NCBI GenBank assembly: GCA_951406725.2
Contig: OX597830.1
Coordinates: 1,674,001-1,738,000, forward strand
Length of the DNA stretch: 64,000 nt
From: Octopus vulgaris
Taxonomy: Eukaryota
Reading direction: 5' to 3'
The translations under genes and the position numbers were made by a program. Each line of letters opens with the position of its first letter. The stretch's first letter is position 1. The notes beneath the pieces were generated by a model. It had not been told where the DNA came from. It saw only the letters and a list, made by a program, of their open reading frames with translations, and did not search any database. Shown here in pieces: positions 50,540 to 63,822 of the stretch.

Positions 50540-51190
50540 CAAGGTGTCCCAAAAGTGACTGATGAGTTTTAATTTTTAATAACTTACTTAACTTTACAAA
50601 TAAATGCATGAAATGTTGCTACAATATAAAGGACATAATGGAAATTAATATGAAGAAGTCAAATTTTGCAACACCCCCATATCACACATGAAAAAGGACA
50701 TCACTTAAATTAGAGCCATCTTCGGCTTCGCACGCATGTACTCTATCTAAAACTTGCACCGTAACACCATCCATACTTTCAGACTCCACTTCTCTGATTT
50801 CTTTACTGATGTTCTCCTTCAGTTGCACCAGGGTCTCTGTTTTGTTGACGTCAGCCCTCTCTCTCAGGTATTCCCACAAGATAAAATCCGAGTTAGTCAA
50901 GTCTGGGGAACGTGAAGGCCATTCAAAGTAAACCTCATACATGATTCCAGCAAGATGGGGCAACTGCTCATACCGCAAGAGAAACAATGCAGTTGCTATG
51001 GTAGTGCTTTGGAGAGGCAATAATCTTCTGTTACGGCAATTTCAACTGGCCTTCACATTCCTCAGACTTCACTATCCCGGTTTTTTTCTTCTGTGCATTG
51101 AAGGAGAACATGGAGTGAGAATTCAGAGAAATGGGGTCATATCCTTAGGAAAATACAAATTATCCCACAGATTACCTTTGCTTCCCCACT
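50540..51190 (-). pseudogene. Tc1/mariner-superfamily transposon relic (C-terminal transposase + terminal repeat)
   Basis: WPSRSPDLTNSDFILWEYLRERA in ORF 50682-51020. TA + CAAGGTGTCCCAAAAG terminus at 50538-50555. Possible N-terminus (RKFAVMFG) at ~52690-52790, beyond the minisatellite. Confidence 0.75.
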
Positions 51191-51328
51191 AACAATCAGA
51201 CCGATTTATCAACATTTATTCATAAGAAACAATTAGGACCAACGGGGTAGGGTTGGGTGTGTAGTCCACACAGGGCGGTCATTTGAAGGAGAAGCAAATG
51301 CATGCTGAAGGTAGGATTTATATAAAGA

Positions 51329-52681
51329 ACGGGTGGCATATTTGACCGCCGCACTCGTATCTGACGGGTGGCCTATTTGACCGCCGCATTCGCATCTGAC
51401 GGGTGGCCTATTTCACTGCCGCACTCGCATCTGACGGGTGGCCTATTTGACTGCCGCATTCGCATCTGACGGGTGGCCTATTTGACCGCCGCACTCGTAT
51501 CTGACGGGTGGCCTATTTGACCGCCGCATTCGCATCTGACGGGTGGCCTATTTGACTGCCGCACTCGCATCTGACGGGTGGCCTATTTGACTGCCGCATT
51601 CGCATCTGACGGGTGGCCTATTTGACTGCCGCATTCGCATCTGACGGGTGGCCTATTTGACTGCCGCACTCGCATCTGACGGGTGGCCTATTTGACTGCC
51701 GCATTCGCATCTGACGGGTGGCCTATTTGACTGCCGCACTCGCATCTGACTGGTGGCCTATTTGACTGCCGCACTCGCATCTGACGGGTGGCCTATTTGA
51801 CTGCCGCATTCGCATCTGACGGGTGGCCTATTTGACTGCCGCATTCGCATCTGACGGTTGGCCTATTTGACTGCCGCATTCGCATCAGACGGGTGGCCTA
51901 TTTGACTGCCGCATTCGCATCTGACGGGTGGCCTATTTGACTGCCGCATTCGCATCTGACGGGTGGCCTATTTGACTGCCGCACTCGCATCTGACGGGTG
52001 GCCTATTTGACTGCCGCATTCGCATCTGACGGGTGGCCTATTTGACTGCCGCACTCGCATCGTAAGTCTATTTCACAGACCTCAGTCTTCCACTGGTCTA
52101 TTGACTGCCGCATTCGCATCTGACGGGTGGCCTATTTGACGGGCCGCACTCGCATCTGACGGGTGGCCTATTTGACTGCCGCATTCGCATCTGACGGGTG
52201 GCCTATTTGACTGCCGCACTCGCCTCTGACGGGTGACCTATTTGAATGCCGCATTCGCATCTGGCGGGTGGCCTATTTGACTGCCGCACTCGCATCTGAC
52301 GGGTGGCCTATTTGACTGCCGCACTCGCATCTGACGGGTGGCCTATTTGACTGCCGCACTCGCATCTGACGGGTGGCCTATTTGACTGCCGCATTCGCAT
52401 CTGACGGGTGGCCTATTTGACTGCCGCATTCGCATCTGACGGGTGGTCTATTTGACTGCCGCACTCGCATCTGACGGGTGGCCTATTTGACCGCCGCATT
52501 CGCACTTGACGGGTGGCCTATTTGACTGCCGCACTCGCATCTGACGGGTGGCCTATTTGACTGCCAAACTCGCATCTGATGGGTGGCCTATTTGACTGCC
52601 GCACTCGCATCTGACGGGTGGCCTATTTGACTGCCGCACTCGCATCTGACGGGTGGCCTATTTGACTGCCGCATTCGCATC
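51329..52681. repeat. 35-bp GC-rich minisatellite, about 38 units, consensus CTGACGGGTGGCCTATTTGACTGCCGCA(T/C)TCGCAT
   Basis: Period of 35 read directly (51361, 51396, 51431...). Highly homogeneous, with one foreign insert at 52062-52097. Confidence 0.97.
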
Positions 52682-53048
52682 GGATCACGTAGAAAACAAC
52701 TCCAAACATTACTGCAAACTTTCGTATGAGATTTAGAGTTGGTCATCAGCTGCAACATCGTATTCTGTCACCATTGAATATATTTCAGCGATCATTGTAA
52801 CTATTTTGCTTACCTTCGTCAGATTTATCACGTAAACCTATCGTGTGTGTTTGCGTGTGTGTGTGCGTGTGTGTATGTGTGTGTGTATGTGCGTATGCGT
52901 GTGCGTGTGTGTGTGTGTATGTGTATGCGTGTGCATGTGTGTGTGTGTGTGTGTCTGTGTATTCATTATTATATTATTTTCTATTTCAAAATCAATTTGA
53001 TTTCTCTCATACCATCTTTCCCCTAGCGAAATACTTTATTTTTAAATT

Positions 53049-53246
53049 GGTTTAAAGTTTTGGCACAAGACCGGCTATTTCGCGAGAGGTAAGTCTATTT
53101 CACAGACCTCAGTCTTCCACTGGTACTTATTCGATCGACTTCGAAAGGTTGAAAGGCAAGGTCGACCTCGGCGGAATTTGAACTCAGAACGTAAAGACGG
53201 ACGAAATAACGCCCAGAATGCTAACGATTGTGCCAAATCACCGCCT
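53049..53246 (-). mobile_element. CORE-type SINE (tail type A)
   Basis: GGTTTAAAGTTTTGGCACAAG..GTCGACCTCGGCGGAATTTGAACTCAGAAC..TGCCAAATCACCGCC. Confidence 0.85.
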
Positions 53247-56200
53247 TGATTAATTTGTAAATTAAATCAACAAGGGCGCTTGTTTGCAGTCGTTCCATGC
53301 GCTAAATAAAACATGGAAATTCGTCTTAAATAAAAAAAAAACATCATCTGACTTTAGAGAAACATTAGATAGGATAATTCTCGATCCCGTATGTCAGCGA
53401 AAAAGGTAGGATTGTCATGGAAGGAACGTCATATAAGTCAGATTTGAATCGGAGTCAAACAACAACAATAACAACTCATTTACAGGTAAGTTAAAGTGAG
53501 AATATGCCACGCTCTTAAATTTCCTTCAAAATAATATTATATATCAAAATCTTGCCTCGGTTTTGCTAAGTAAATGTATTTTGTTACTTGAAAAGTCAAC
53601 CAGAGAACGGCAAAGTGCAAGTGACATCCGATGTTTTCCGTCAATGAAAGAATTAAATAAAGAATGATCAATATATTTTGCTTCGGGTTCAAACTGGATT
53701 TCCTCTTAGAGAAATTGAACTTGTGACATATATGGCAAACAGCGTTCACACTAGCCCCGCAGTAAATGTAACCTTTGGACAAACAATGAATGGAGAATTT
53801 CAATATTCAACACAAATACAAAGACTTGCACATTCCTATGTCTTTGCAGTCACATCGATGCCATATACAAATATACACACTTTTCTTGCTTGTTTCTTTT
53901 CAGCTTCTTTACACCGAGAGACTCTTTAAATTTCCTTTCGTTTGCACATATATCGATGTCTCAATGCACAAGTACATTGATAGATAGCGGCATACACACA
54001 TATATACACACGCGCATACACATACATACATACATACATACATACATACATACATACATACATACATACATACATTCATACATACATCCATCCATCCATC
54101 CATACATACATACATATATACATACATACATACATACATACATACATACATACATACATAAAATCATATATGCATACATATATGAATACATGCATCTGAC
54201 AAACTCATATGATAGTTGTTCCGAAACTATAGAATGGTAAATCACTAGGAGAGACCTGATTGTCTGTTATTAGTTTAGGAAACTCTGGTTCTACATAGAA
54301 ACGCATCAACATTTTTAAACAAAGCTGGACACTTAATTCGACATACCAGACTGGCTGACAGTTTCTCGGACAAGACTCCCGCCTAAGAATCTATAAACGC
54401 ATATGATAAATGCTACTGGCCCATAGCATTTTTAAGTGTTGTTAAGTATAATTTGTATACAAGTTTGTGTAAATGATTTTGTCGAAGTCACCTACCAAAC
54501 AAAGGATATGATGAGTACTGAGCTGGCAGGACCGAAAAAGAACATCTGGGTCAGTGCCACTCTCCTTTTCAACATCAAAAGCTTCTACAGAGAACTGAAG
54601 CAACATTGCCAAAAACTACTGTCCTCCATGGCGGGGTACAAGTGTTACTACACTTAGATTTCATCTGTTGTAGCTGATGTCATTAAAAGGCTGAATGCAG
54701 CATATTTAACACAACACTAAAACGCGTTTTATCTATTGGAATATTCCAGTGTAACAGTTTATCTGTAAAGCTGTTTGGAGAGGAAAATTTATGTCTTCTA
54801 CCGGTCTAAAGATTTATTCGAATAAAACCTACGATTCTAAATTGCAGTTATAATTGATCTGAACATCTTCAGAGTTAATAGCAAAAGAGTGTCATTAGAG
54901 TGAGTTATCATATTTCTTAATAAGGAAAACAGTTGACTAGGCAAGGACTATGGATACTACTGACCTAATTCACTATCTTACTCGAATTAAGTAAGCTACA
55001 AATATCGGTGAACTGATGAGAAGGTTGCATACGTTGGGGCTGTAAGTGAAACTAGAGTAACAAAAGAATAATTCATCTCATTTAGAAATGTAGGGTAGTC
55101 AACGCTGTTTATATTCAATATGGCCCCGTAATGGTGTCACAGTATCGGTTCCGGTTCAAACATTTGAAATATAAGACTAAGGATTTGAGAAGATTGATAA
55201 CTTGGACATCACGACTAAGGAGATATTAATCGCCGTTGCTAATTCGACAAGATTTAAGCTAAGCTGGAGGCTAGAGGCAGAGATATAAGTTCAATCCAAA
55301 CGACTTTTAAGTCATGCATCATATATCACTTAGACAACATCCCCCAAACAGCGCGTATTCTGCAATGAAATTAAGGATTTTCATGAGAATAGGTCGATAA
55401 ATCCTCCTTAACTACTCTGAGTAAACAACTGTTCCATTTGACCCAAGGAGTGTTGGAATAACTTGAAATTTGGCGGCGAAACATTCATCTCATGTGTAAA
55501 GTTAGATATACTGAAGTCTAGAGAATACTAACTCTGAAATAGCTAACCTCTTGTAGGCCTGTGCAAGGTAGATATAACTTTGCTGTTTGAGAGGCGGACA
55601 GAGGTACTTGATCAGTAAAATGGATTTGAATTTCTCCAAATGTTCTGAGATATCGATTATGACGCACTTGTCTATAAAATATCATTCATATCGTCATCGC
55701 TCTCGTCTTATATCTACCAGGTACGACCTTACCATGCGATATGATAATATTGCAAATATGATAGCCACCAACAGTCATAACAAACACACAACAGATTCAG
55801 GATATCTATACATTTCTAATATACGGCAAACGGAGTAGAACATAGAAAATAAATCACAGTCCGGTGTTAACACGTCAGAATTAAAATTGTTTTACGAGGC
55901 AAAAACAAGTTATTTACCTCTGCAGAGGTCGGCTGACCGGTGGGGGCGAACGTTTCGTCTACGTTTGGAGGAATGAAGCGTTTATTTTGGACTAAGGAGA
56001 AATTTAGTTTCTGTACTCCCGCTATAGGTACATATTTACATTCAACATGCATATTTACATACATACACACACACACATTTATATATATATTCATACATAC
56101 AAACATACATATATGAATGTATACATAGAAACACATATATACTCACACACACATGCATAAATACATAGAAACACAGAAATGCATAAATACATACGAAGAC

Positions 56201-57047
56201 ACATACATGCATGCACGCATAACAAACATACAAAAATCTGTAAAACCTTCCACTAATTTATGATTTAAATATCTGAGTACGTCTCCATATGAAACTATAA
56301 GCATGACAACACATGCATACAACAAGGCATACAAATCTGCACATATGCATACGTGCATACATACGTGCATCCATCCATCCATCCATCAATACATACATAG
56401 ATAAATACATAAATACATACATACATAAATACATAAATACATACATACATACATTCATACATACATACATACATACGTACATACATACATACATTCATAC
56501 ATAAATACATGACAACCCTGTTATATTCAGATTTCCAGTAAACGTGCTATTCTCTCTTGGAGAATAAATTTGAAAAATAAAACCAGAAGAACATACCCAA
56601 TAAATATGATTCCATCGATAGAATGTGAAAGCAGAATATTTTGATTACAACAAAAGAAACTCAATATGAAGAGAAATGTAATCAGTATATCTCTGCCATA
56701 TAACAGAATAAATAACGGTGAAAGTCAGGGAAAACGGGAAGTAAAAGTTGTACTCTCTAAATGAAGTATCTACTGTTAGGATAAATAAAAGATATGAGAT
56801 GAAGACTAGAATAACGTGATAGCCATAAACATGTATCTGTGGAAAAGTGGTAGCAGTAACCAATAGGCGTAGGGGGCCCTCTGTGTGGTCATTCAAGCTA
56901 TTAGAAATAGCAGTTAATTTTTTCAGTATGCATCATACCCTAAAGAAAGAACCTCTTACAGTACGTAGATTTCGATATTCTGCCTAACGTTGCATTGGTT
57001 CTTCGTGATCGGTGGTAAGAAACACTCAAGAAAGCTGAACAGCAGGT

Positions 57048-57104
57048 CTTAGAATGTAAGAAGTTAAGGGCTTCTTAGAAGCCCTTAACTTCTTACATTC
57101 TAAG
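57048..57104. repeat. Perfect 28-bp inverted repeat with a 1-nt loop
   Basis: CTTAGAATGTAAGAAGTTAAGGGCTTCT-T-AGAAGCCCTTAACTTCTTACATTCTAAG. Confidence 0.97.
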
Positions 57105-58170
57105 GCGTCCGGACCGCATCCACCACTTGACTCCTCGATGCCCTTCTGCTGACACGTTTTAACCACTTGGATATCGGAGACATTTATTTAAGATTCTAAG
57201 AGATTTCATAATGTTGTAATTCCACTACGTTGACTCGGCTTTCAAACTTATATTTAAATAAGACGTATCGTCGGTTTTCATGGTAGCGTAGACGTTTCGC
57301 CGGTGACACAAAGACTCGCTCAGAATCACTTCCCTTAATATTAAAATACAATAGTTTTGCGCTCAAGCGGTGTGGAAGTAATTTTTGTTGCTCTTCGACC
57401 AGATCCAACTGGAACACCTCCCTGCTGTCTCTGATATTGCTTTTAGGGCTTCAGTTCTGTTCTTGCCAGAGCCTGAAAGTTGTTTCATTTGATCGTAAGC
57501 AGATCAAGGTGAAGCACAGGTCAAGGCGTGGTTACTTTATATTGTTCTAAACAACAGAATAACCTAAACAGCAGCAACACAACATGAAAGCAATGACGAC
57601 GGCGACAACAACAAAAACTTTATTGACGTCAGCTGTGAAACAACAAAGGTTGATAGACTATTACGACCTCACTGCATGAGAACTACGAAAAGACAAGACT
57701 ATTTCCTATCAATAATATAAGTCAAGAGAAAACTGGAGTTTCAAGAATCGCGCCACTAAATTAACGGAAGAATTCTGCTGACGGTCTCTTGTTACATGTT
57801 TTGGTTTGTACTCGGAAATATTGCTACACAAAATGTAATAATATACTCCCAAACATATATATATATATATATGCACGTATGTACGCCCACACAGATATAT
57901 TTATATAGCTAGCTCATTAAGTAGACAGACACAGACACATGCTGACAGCTAACAAGTGTGTGTGTGTGTCTGTGTGTGCGTGTGTGCGCGTGTGTGTGTG
58001 AGAGAGAGGGAGAGTGAGAGAAAGAGAGAGAGAAAGACGGATTAAACTAAAATCAAGAAGTAACATCGACGAGCAGCCTTTAGATTTAATCGATGAAGTA
58101 AGAGGGTGTATATATGTCTGTGTAGGTGTTGTCATGTGTATATACATATATATGCATATAGGAATTATGT

Positions 58171-58263
<93 letters not shown>

Positions 58264-58639
58264 TGCAGCAAACAAAAACACATACACGCACACACACACA
58301 CAAATTCAAATATTCGAATGTGTCGAAGAAATGAGAGACAAATATTCAATACACGTTTTAGAGTATAATGTTTATAGAAGCTGAATGTTTATTTAATAAC
58401 TTAAGTTTCATTTTATTACCATCCACAGGCGTGAACTAATACAAGTTGGTTTTGCAGCATGTCTGTATTCAGAGTTGTAGGCGTGCATTCTTGCTGAGTT
58501 TCTGATTGGTCTGATCGATTATATCATTGTATCTCTTTATTAGCTTTTATTTATTGATTACTTCAGTAACCTAGTGTTTACTGTTGAATACGTTGATGAG
58601 GGAACATGTAGTTTGTATTTTGTTGCGTTCTTTTACATA

Positions 58640-58860
58640 TCATTATTATTATCATTATTATTATTATTATTATTATTCCTTCGTAACACAGTGTAGGTAA
58701 AAATTGTCCGGAGACTATAGTCATCTATCATGTCACAACAAGGACTGCAGACAGATAATACTTTCCTTAAGATGTGCGTTGTGCCTATAAGGATGCTTTT
58801 TTGCAAGACATCAATCTTGCATGGCATTTCCAGTTGCCTTAGAAAGTGTTGAAGCTGCAA
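58640..58860 (-). pseudogene. Dong/R4-like 3' fragment with (AAT)n tail
   Basis: LQKSILIGTTHILRKVL followed by (AAT)n on the minus strand. Confidence 0.7.
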
Positions 58861-59229
58861 TAGGATTGAGTACAATTGTTGGTAACAAACAGCCTCTCTC
58901 TCAGAGTGAATGGCATATTGTATGATGCCTGCGTGCGAACAGCCAAGCACGCTACATGGCAGAGAAACATATGCTGTGACTGCAGAGGGAATGTGAAATC
59001 TCCAAAGAAATGAAGCTATTATGGCCTTGTGATGCGTTTGGACGAGGACGGCTGCGTAAGGTTTTATCAGTCTCTCACTGTAGATGGAACCTGTGGAAGG
59101 CGTAGACTCAGGAGGATGAATTGGTGAAATATGTTCTTCTGTTGTTTAGTCTCAAGGAGGCGATGACAAGAGACCGACACTGTCGGCGATTTGCTGCGCT
59201 CGAGAAGATATGTGAAGGTAACTGGAATC

Positions 59230-59451
59230 GTAGTCGTGGCCAGCGCCAGTGACATATGGAAGGCACCAGTGCCAGTGACAGATAGAAAACAGCTAGTAAA
59301 CCTAGTGGAGTGGTTGGCGTTAGGAAGGGTATCCAATCATAGACACAAAACCAAAACAGCTGGAGCTTGGTGCAGCTCTCCGGTTTACCAGTTCCAGTCA
59401 AACCGTCTTACCCATACCAGTGAGGGAAACGGACGCGAAATGATGATGATG
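59230..59451 (+). mobile_element. SINE/RTE-related 3' segment with (TGA)n tail
   Basis: GTGGTTGGCGTTAGGAAGGGTATCCA..CCCATACCAG..ACGGACG..(ATG)n resembles RTE-derived SINE tails. Family assignment is from memory. Confidence 0.5.
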
Positions 59452-59568
59452 TGCATGTGTACACTTACATATATATATATATGTGTGTGTGTGTGTATAC
59501 ATATACATGTTGATCGTTGTATACAAACATGCATTCATTCATTCATTTATATGTACACACACACACAC

Positions 59569-59634
<66 letters not shown>

Positions 59635-59821
59635 AAAGAGAAAGTATGAAAGAGTGTTTCGTGACTTCTCTCCAATGAAATTTTGTCCCTTCTTACTAAT
59701 TATCATTTGGTCCACCATAAACATATCATTTAAAGTATGTCAGTGTGGGTTGTGCCATCTTTAACTGTATATAATCTATGGACTTTGTTATCATTTGCGT
59801 CCGTCTTATTTTATAACAGAA

Positions 59822-62766
59822 CTAGCAGAATTGCCCGGCGATGCTCGGGGCTGAATTGCTTGAAAGTACTGTTAATGATTGCACTGAATTATGATGATTA
59901 TTCAGGCAAATATTGATATAAGTTTACGGCGAATGAATGTATTTGTAAGTGTATAGAAAGCCGTGTAAAGGGGTTCCTACCCCCTCGTAGAATGGTGTAA
60001 GAATTGAATGCGAGGTTGCCTTGAAAAGAGCCATGATAATTTTCTCATAATTGTAAGAATTTGATAGTCGTGGAAGGCGGTGTAAAACGTTCGCAGGTGA
60101 ATAGGGTCTCTTCGTTTTGCACGAACGGCAGCGGATGTGCTATTACAAAACTTCATGCTGTGTTAAAAGCGAATGGATAGCCTATGTAGGCAAGAGGGGA
60201 ATGAAGCATGGGTAAGTAAATATGGGTAATTTATAAAATATAGAACAATAGCATCTATTCACCATATGTCAGACCAGCAAGACTGTAGTGGTGTTGAATA
60301 GATGAATCACAACACAGTGGTGGAGATGTTTTCATTGATGGGCGTTATGATTAAATTTGTTGTTGTATAAAATGATCTGTTGCTTAGTTTCCAAAGTGTA
60401 TGTTGCGATCGTGTTATCGCTTATGTAAACTTTAACAGTGAGAGTGTAGATGTAAGGGGTAGATGTGTCATGTACATTGGATATAGAAGATGAGGCTGGT
60501 GGTTTGATGATGAATGGATAGAAATAGAGGTGAGCGAAGGACAGGTGATGGTTAAGTGCGAATTAATGTCATGAAACGCCTAAAAATGTAAATGCCATCA
60601 TAGAGAGTCGTATGTAAGTGAAATACTAACGTGTTCGAAAATAGTAATCCTATAAACATAGTAATCCTATAAAACCTCCTTGTACACAATGTTTTTTGTT
60701 TTTCGTTGTGGAACGAATGCGAAAGCATCACTGTTGCTGCCGACACGCGAGCAGGCAACATAAAGCTGACCATGAGAGAAACATGGCTCTCCCAAATGTA
60801 TTCCCGCCACAGACAGTGTTTGACCCTGCGCTTTGTTAATTGACATTGAGAAACATGACCTTACTGGGAAATATGAAAGGTAGGTCTGCTCCTGATGGGA
60901 AAAGATGCATCCTAGGTATGAGCACAACGTTGCCTCGACCGCACCATGTGATAATGGTGGCCTCAATCAGATTGAGAGATAAGGACTTAACGATCAAACG
61001 TGTGCCATTGCATTGTTTTGGGGGAACCAAATTTCTAATGAGCATTATAGGGGCACCAACTTTAAGTTTGAGAATGTGTGGTGGTAGTCCGGGGGGCTCA
61101 AAGGAATTGAGTACCTCTATTGGATAGCTGATGACGTCAGGAGTTGTATCGATAGACTTATATACATAGACATCCCTAGGAATTAGTTTTAGCCTTTCAT
61201 CATTAATATGGTGAACAGTTTTATTCCTCGGGGCCAGAATAGCCCTTTGGCCAATCCAATCCATATTCTGATAATTAGCTTGTAGATCTGGGAACACTGC
61301 ATCTCTGAGATCAGAAGGCGTTTTAACAATGAGCTGTCCTGCCGCCTGGCAACAAAGTAGCCGCAATTCCAGATGATAGCACAGCTAGGGCAATGCCTTG
61401 TGTTCGCCTAATCTCAGCCAATATTAATTTGTTGACAAAAGTTTTCCCATTGCCCCCAGGAGCGTCCAGGAATAAAATCCTCCCAGCTTTGGCCCGGACT
61501 GAATTAACAACGGAGTTGTAAGCGAACTTCTGTTCTTGAAGGAGCTTTGGCTCATTGTCGGCTATGTACTCGGCAAGCTCGTCAACATTAAAACATGTCT
61601 CACGCAGCAAATGTGAAGAGAGAGTGTTTGTGCCTTCCCGGTTTGTTGAAGGTAGGCCATAGACCGGCAAGGCACTACCGCCCATATCAAGTACAGTATC
61701 TTCGAATGTAGTTTGTTACCACACAGCCACACCTGCCCCTATGTATATGTGTGTGTGTGTGTGCATATGTGTGTATGGGTAGATATATTATGCATGTATA
61801 TATGTGTATATATATGTGTGTACATATTACATGTACATCTACACATAAAATACAAAATACAAAGTTATATCTTGATATCGCTAGTGATAACAATACTCAA
61901 AATATATAACAGACTGGAATTGTAGGCCCGTCTCTTGCAATTTCGATCAATTGGATCTTGTCCTCCCTCTTGTATAGAAGTGTACGGCTGCAGCGAAATT
62001 CATTTTTGGACTTTCTTCTATGGAAGGCATTTTAACAAAAATGCTTCCGTAAAGACGGTGAAAATATTGTCAATTTCCCCAAACAGGGACACAATTCAAT
62101 TTTTAAACAATAACCAAAGCCCCTTCTCCGAAAGGGGGAGGGTTATGGTTTACAATTATTTAACAAATGCAACACAACAACGTTTCCCTGACGAGGAACC
62201 AACAAACGTGATTACAATAGTCAAACAGTAATAATAATAACAACAAACCTTTTTAATTTATCGCCATTTATGTGAAACCACTTCTTCAAGTTCAAGTCAT
62301 TGATGCAATTTTATACGAATTGCTAATACACACACACACATAATAAGGGTGAAAACTTGAATATTAATTTGATTAATAAGAATTGAAAACCAGTGGTGTA
62401 GCATAAAATACCATAGCGGATCTTCCTCTAGCAAAAACGATGACCAGTATTAATGGCTCATCCCTGTTATATAATACTTTCACTTTAATAGTTTCACACT
62501 TGCAAAGAGAAAGTAGGAGAAAGTGTGGTGGTAATAGCAGGAGTAAACCACTTGTAATGAGAGATGCAAATCGTAAAATATTCAGTTTTCTCAAATTTTT
62601 GCTTAATTGGGGGTCAAATTGAAAAAAACTTTACATGCCATGATCCAATCGAATCTACTTGGAAAAATCATAGGTAAATTCCAATTGAAGAAATTCTATA
62701 TTGTAGAATTGTATTAAAAAGAAACATGGGAACAGGCAGAGAAAATCTGCCTTTTATCATAAGAGA
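59822..62766 (-). mobile_element. Internally deleted Helitron carrying PIF1-helicase remnants
   Basis: Minus strand 5' TC at 62766 (after A). 3' GC hairpin CCGAGC..GCCGGG + CTAG at 59822-59825 (before T). Helicase fragments inside. Confidence 0.8.
60667..61685 (-). pseudogene. Helitron RepHel PIF1-like helicase, fragmented
   Basis: FLDAPGGNGKTF (Walker A), SSGIAATLLPGGRTAH, ILAPRN, LPPHILKLKVGAPIMLIRNL, CNGTRL, SINKAQGQTL, FSHGQLYVACSRVG, TKNIVYKEVL. The Walker B region is deleted. Confidence 0.92.
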
Positions 62767-63764
62767 TAATGCGATGTGAAGGAATTTCGTTGCAACTTCT
62801 AGCTTGTCGAGTGAGGGCGACGCTGATACAAAATATATGTAATTCATTTAGTTGAGCTCTCCTGCTTCTGGCGGCCGCCTCCGCCATCTTTCCATACGGC
62901 GCATTATTAGTTCATCACACAATAACCTCATAGTTGAAGAAATCTTATTACTCTACTAACACCTGCAACTGTCACCAACCTCATACTTTATTCCCCAACA
63001 AATACAAGTAGCAGTGAACTGTTGTGTCGATAATTTACTTCTGCTAAATTTATGCTGCACGTGTATGCCATATGTTAAAACTTCTAACGGTATTTATGAA
63101 TATTTCATATATGGATTTTCATTAGAATTTATTCTAGTTTCGCTGATTCGAATCATTTATCTTGCCTTTATTATGACTTTATGTCATTAATGTTTCATTA
63201 TGAAATTATTTAGTACAGAATACACTCTACAGAAGCTACACTATTAAAAAAAAGAAATGACAAGAAACTAATTTCGAACGACTGAAGTTTGTGAATAGCC
63301 GAAATAAATATAAAGTTGTTAGTAAAACTAATATGATTATAAGTTTTTATTCGTAGATATGTGTGAGGTTTAAGAGGGAATGTTTGTATCACGGATATCT
63401 TGACATGACATTAAAATTATTTTCTACCACTTTATGTCAATATTACGGCGATAATAGTGATGGCCATCTATCCTCTTTTAAGTTGCTCTTCTTTACAATT
63501 GAAAGCTGAAATATGTTGTTGGATGCTGTATGAAGCCTGCAGCACTGCCATCAAAACTCACCGAGCTGCTGAATTTAACTGGAAGCCATAGTTGCAAGGG
63601 GAAACCTAAATACACCCAAAGACCGAAATAACAGTTAATAAATTTCTTTGGATTGTGTGACATTAAGAAACGAAGACAATGAGTGAAGAGAATGCTACAC
63701 CACTCATTGACATGCATATGCACGTGTGTGTGTGTGTGTGTGTGTGTTGTGTTTGTGTTTTCTG

Positions 63765-63822
<58 letters not shown>

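Noticed and set aside
51329-52681. CRISPR array or coding repeat
   Set aside because: Units are contiguous with no unique spacers apart from one insert. There are no cas genes and the context is eukaryotic. The 35-bp period gives regular stop codons on both strands.
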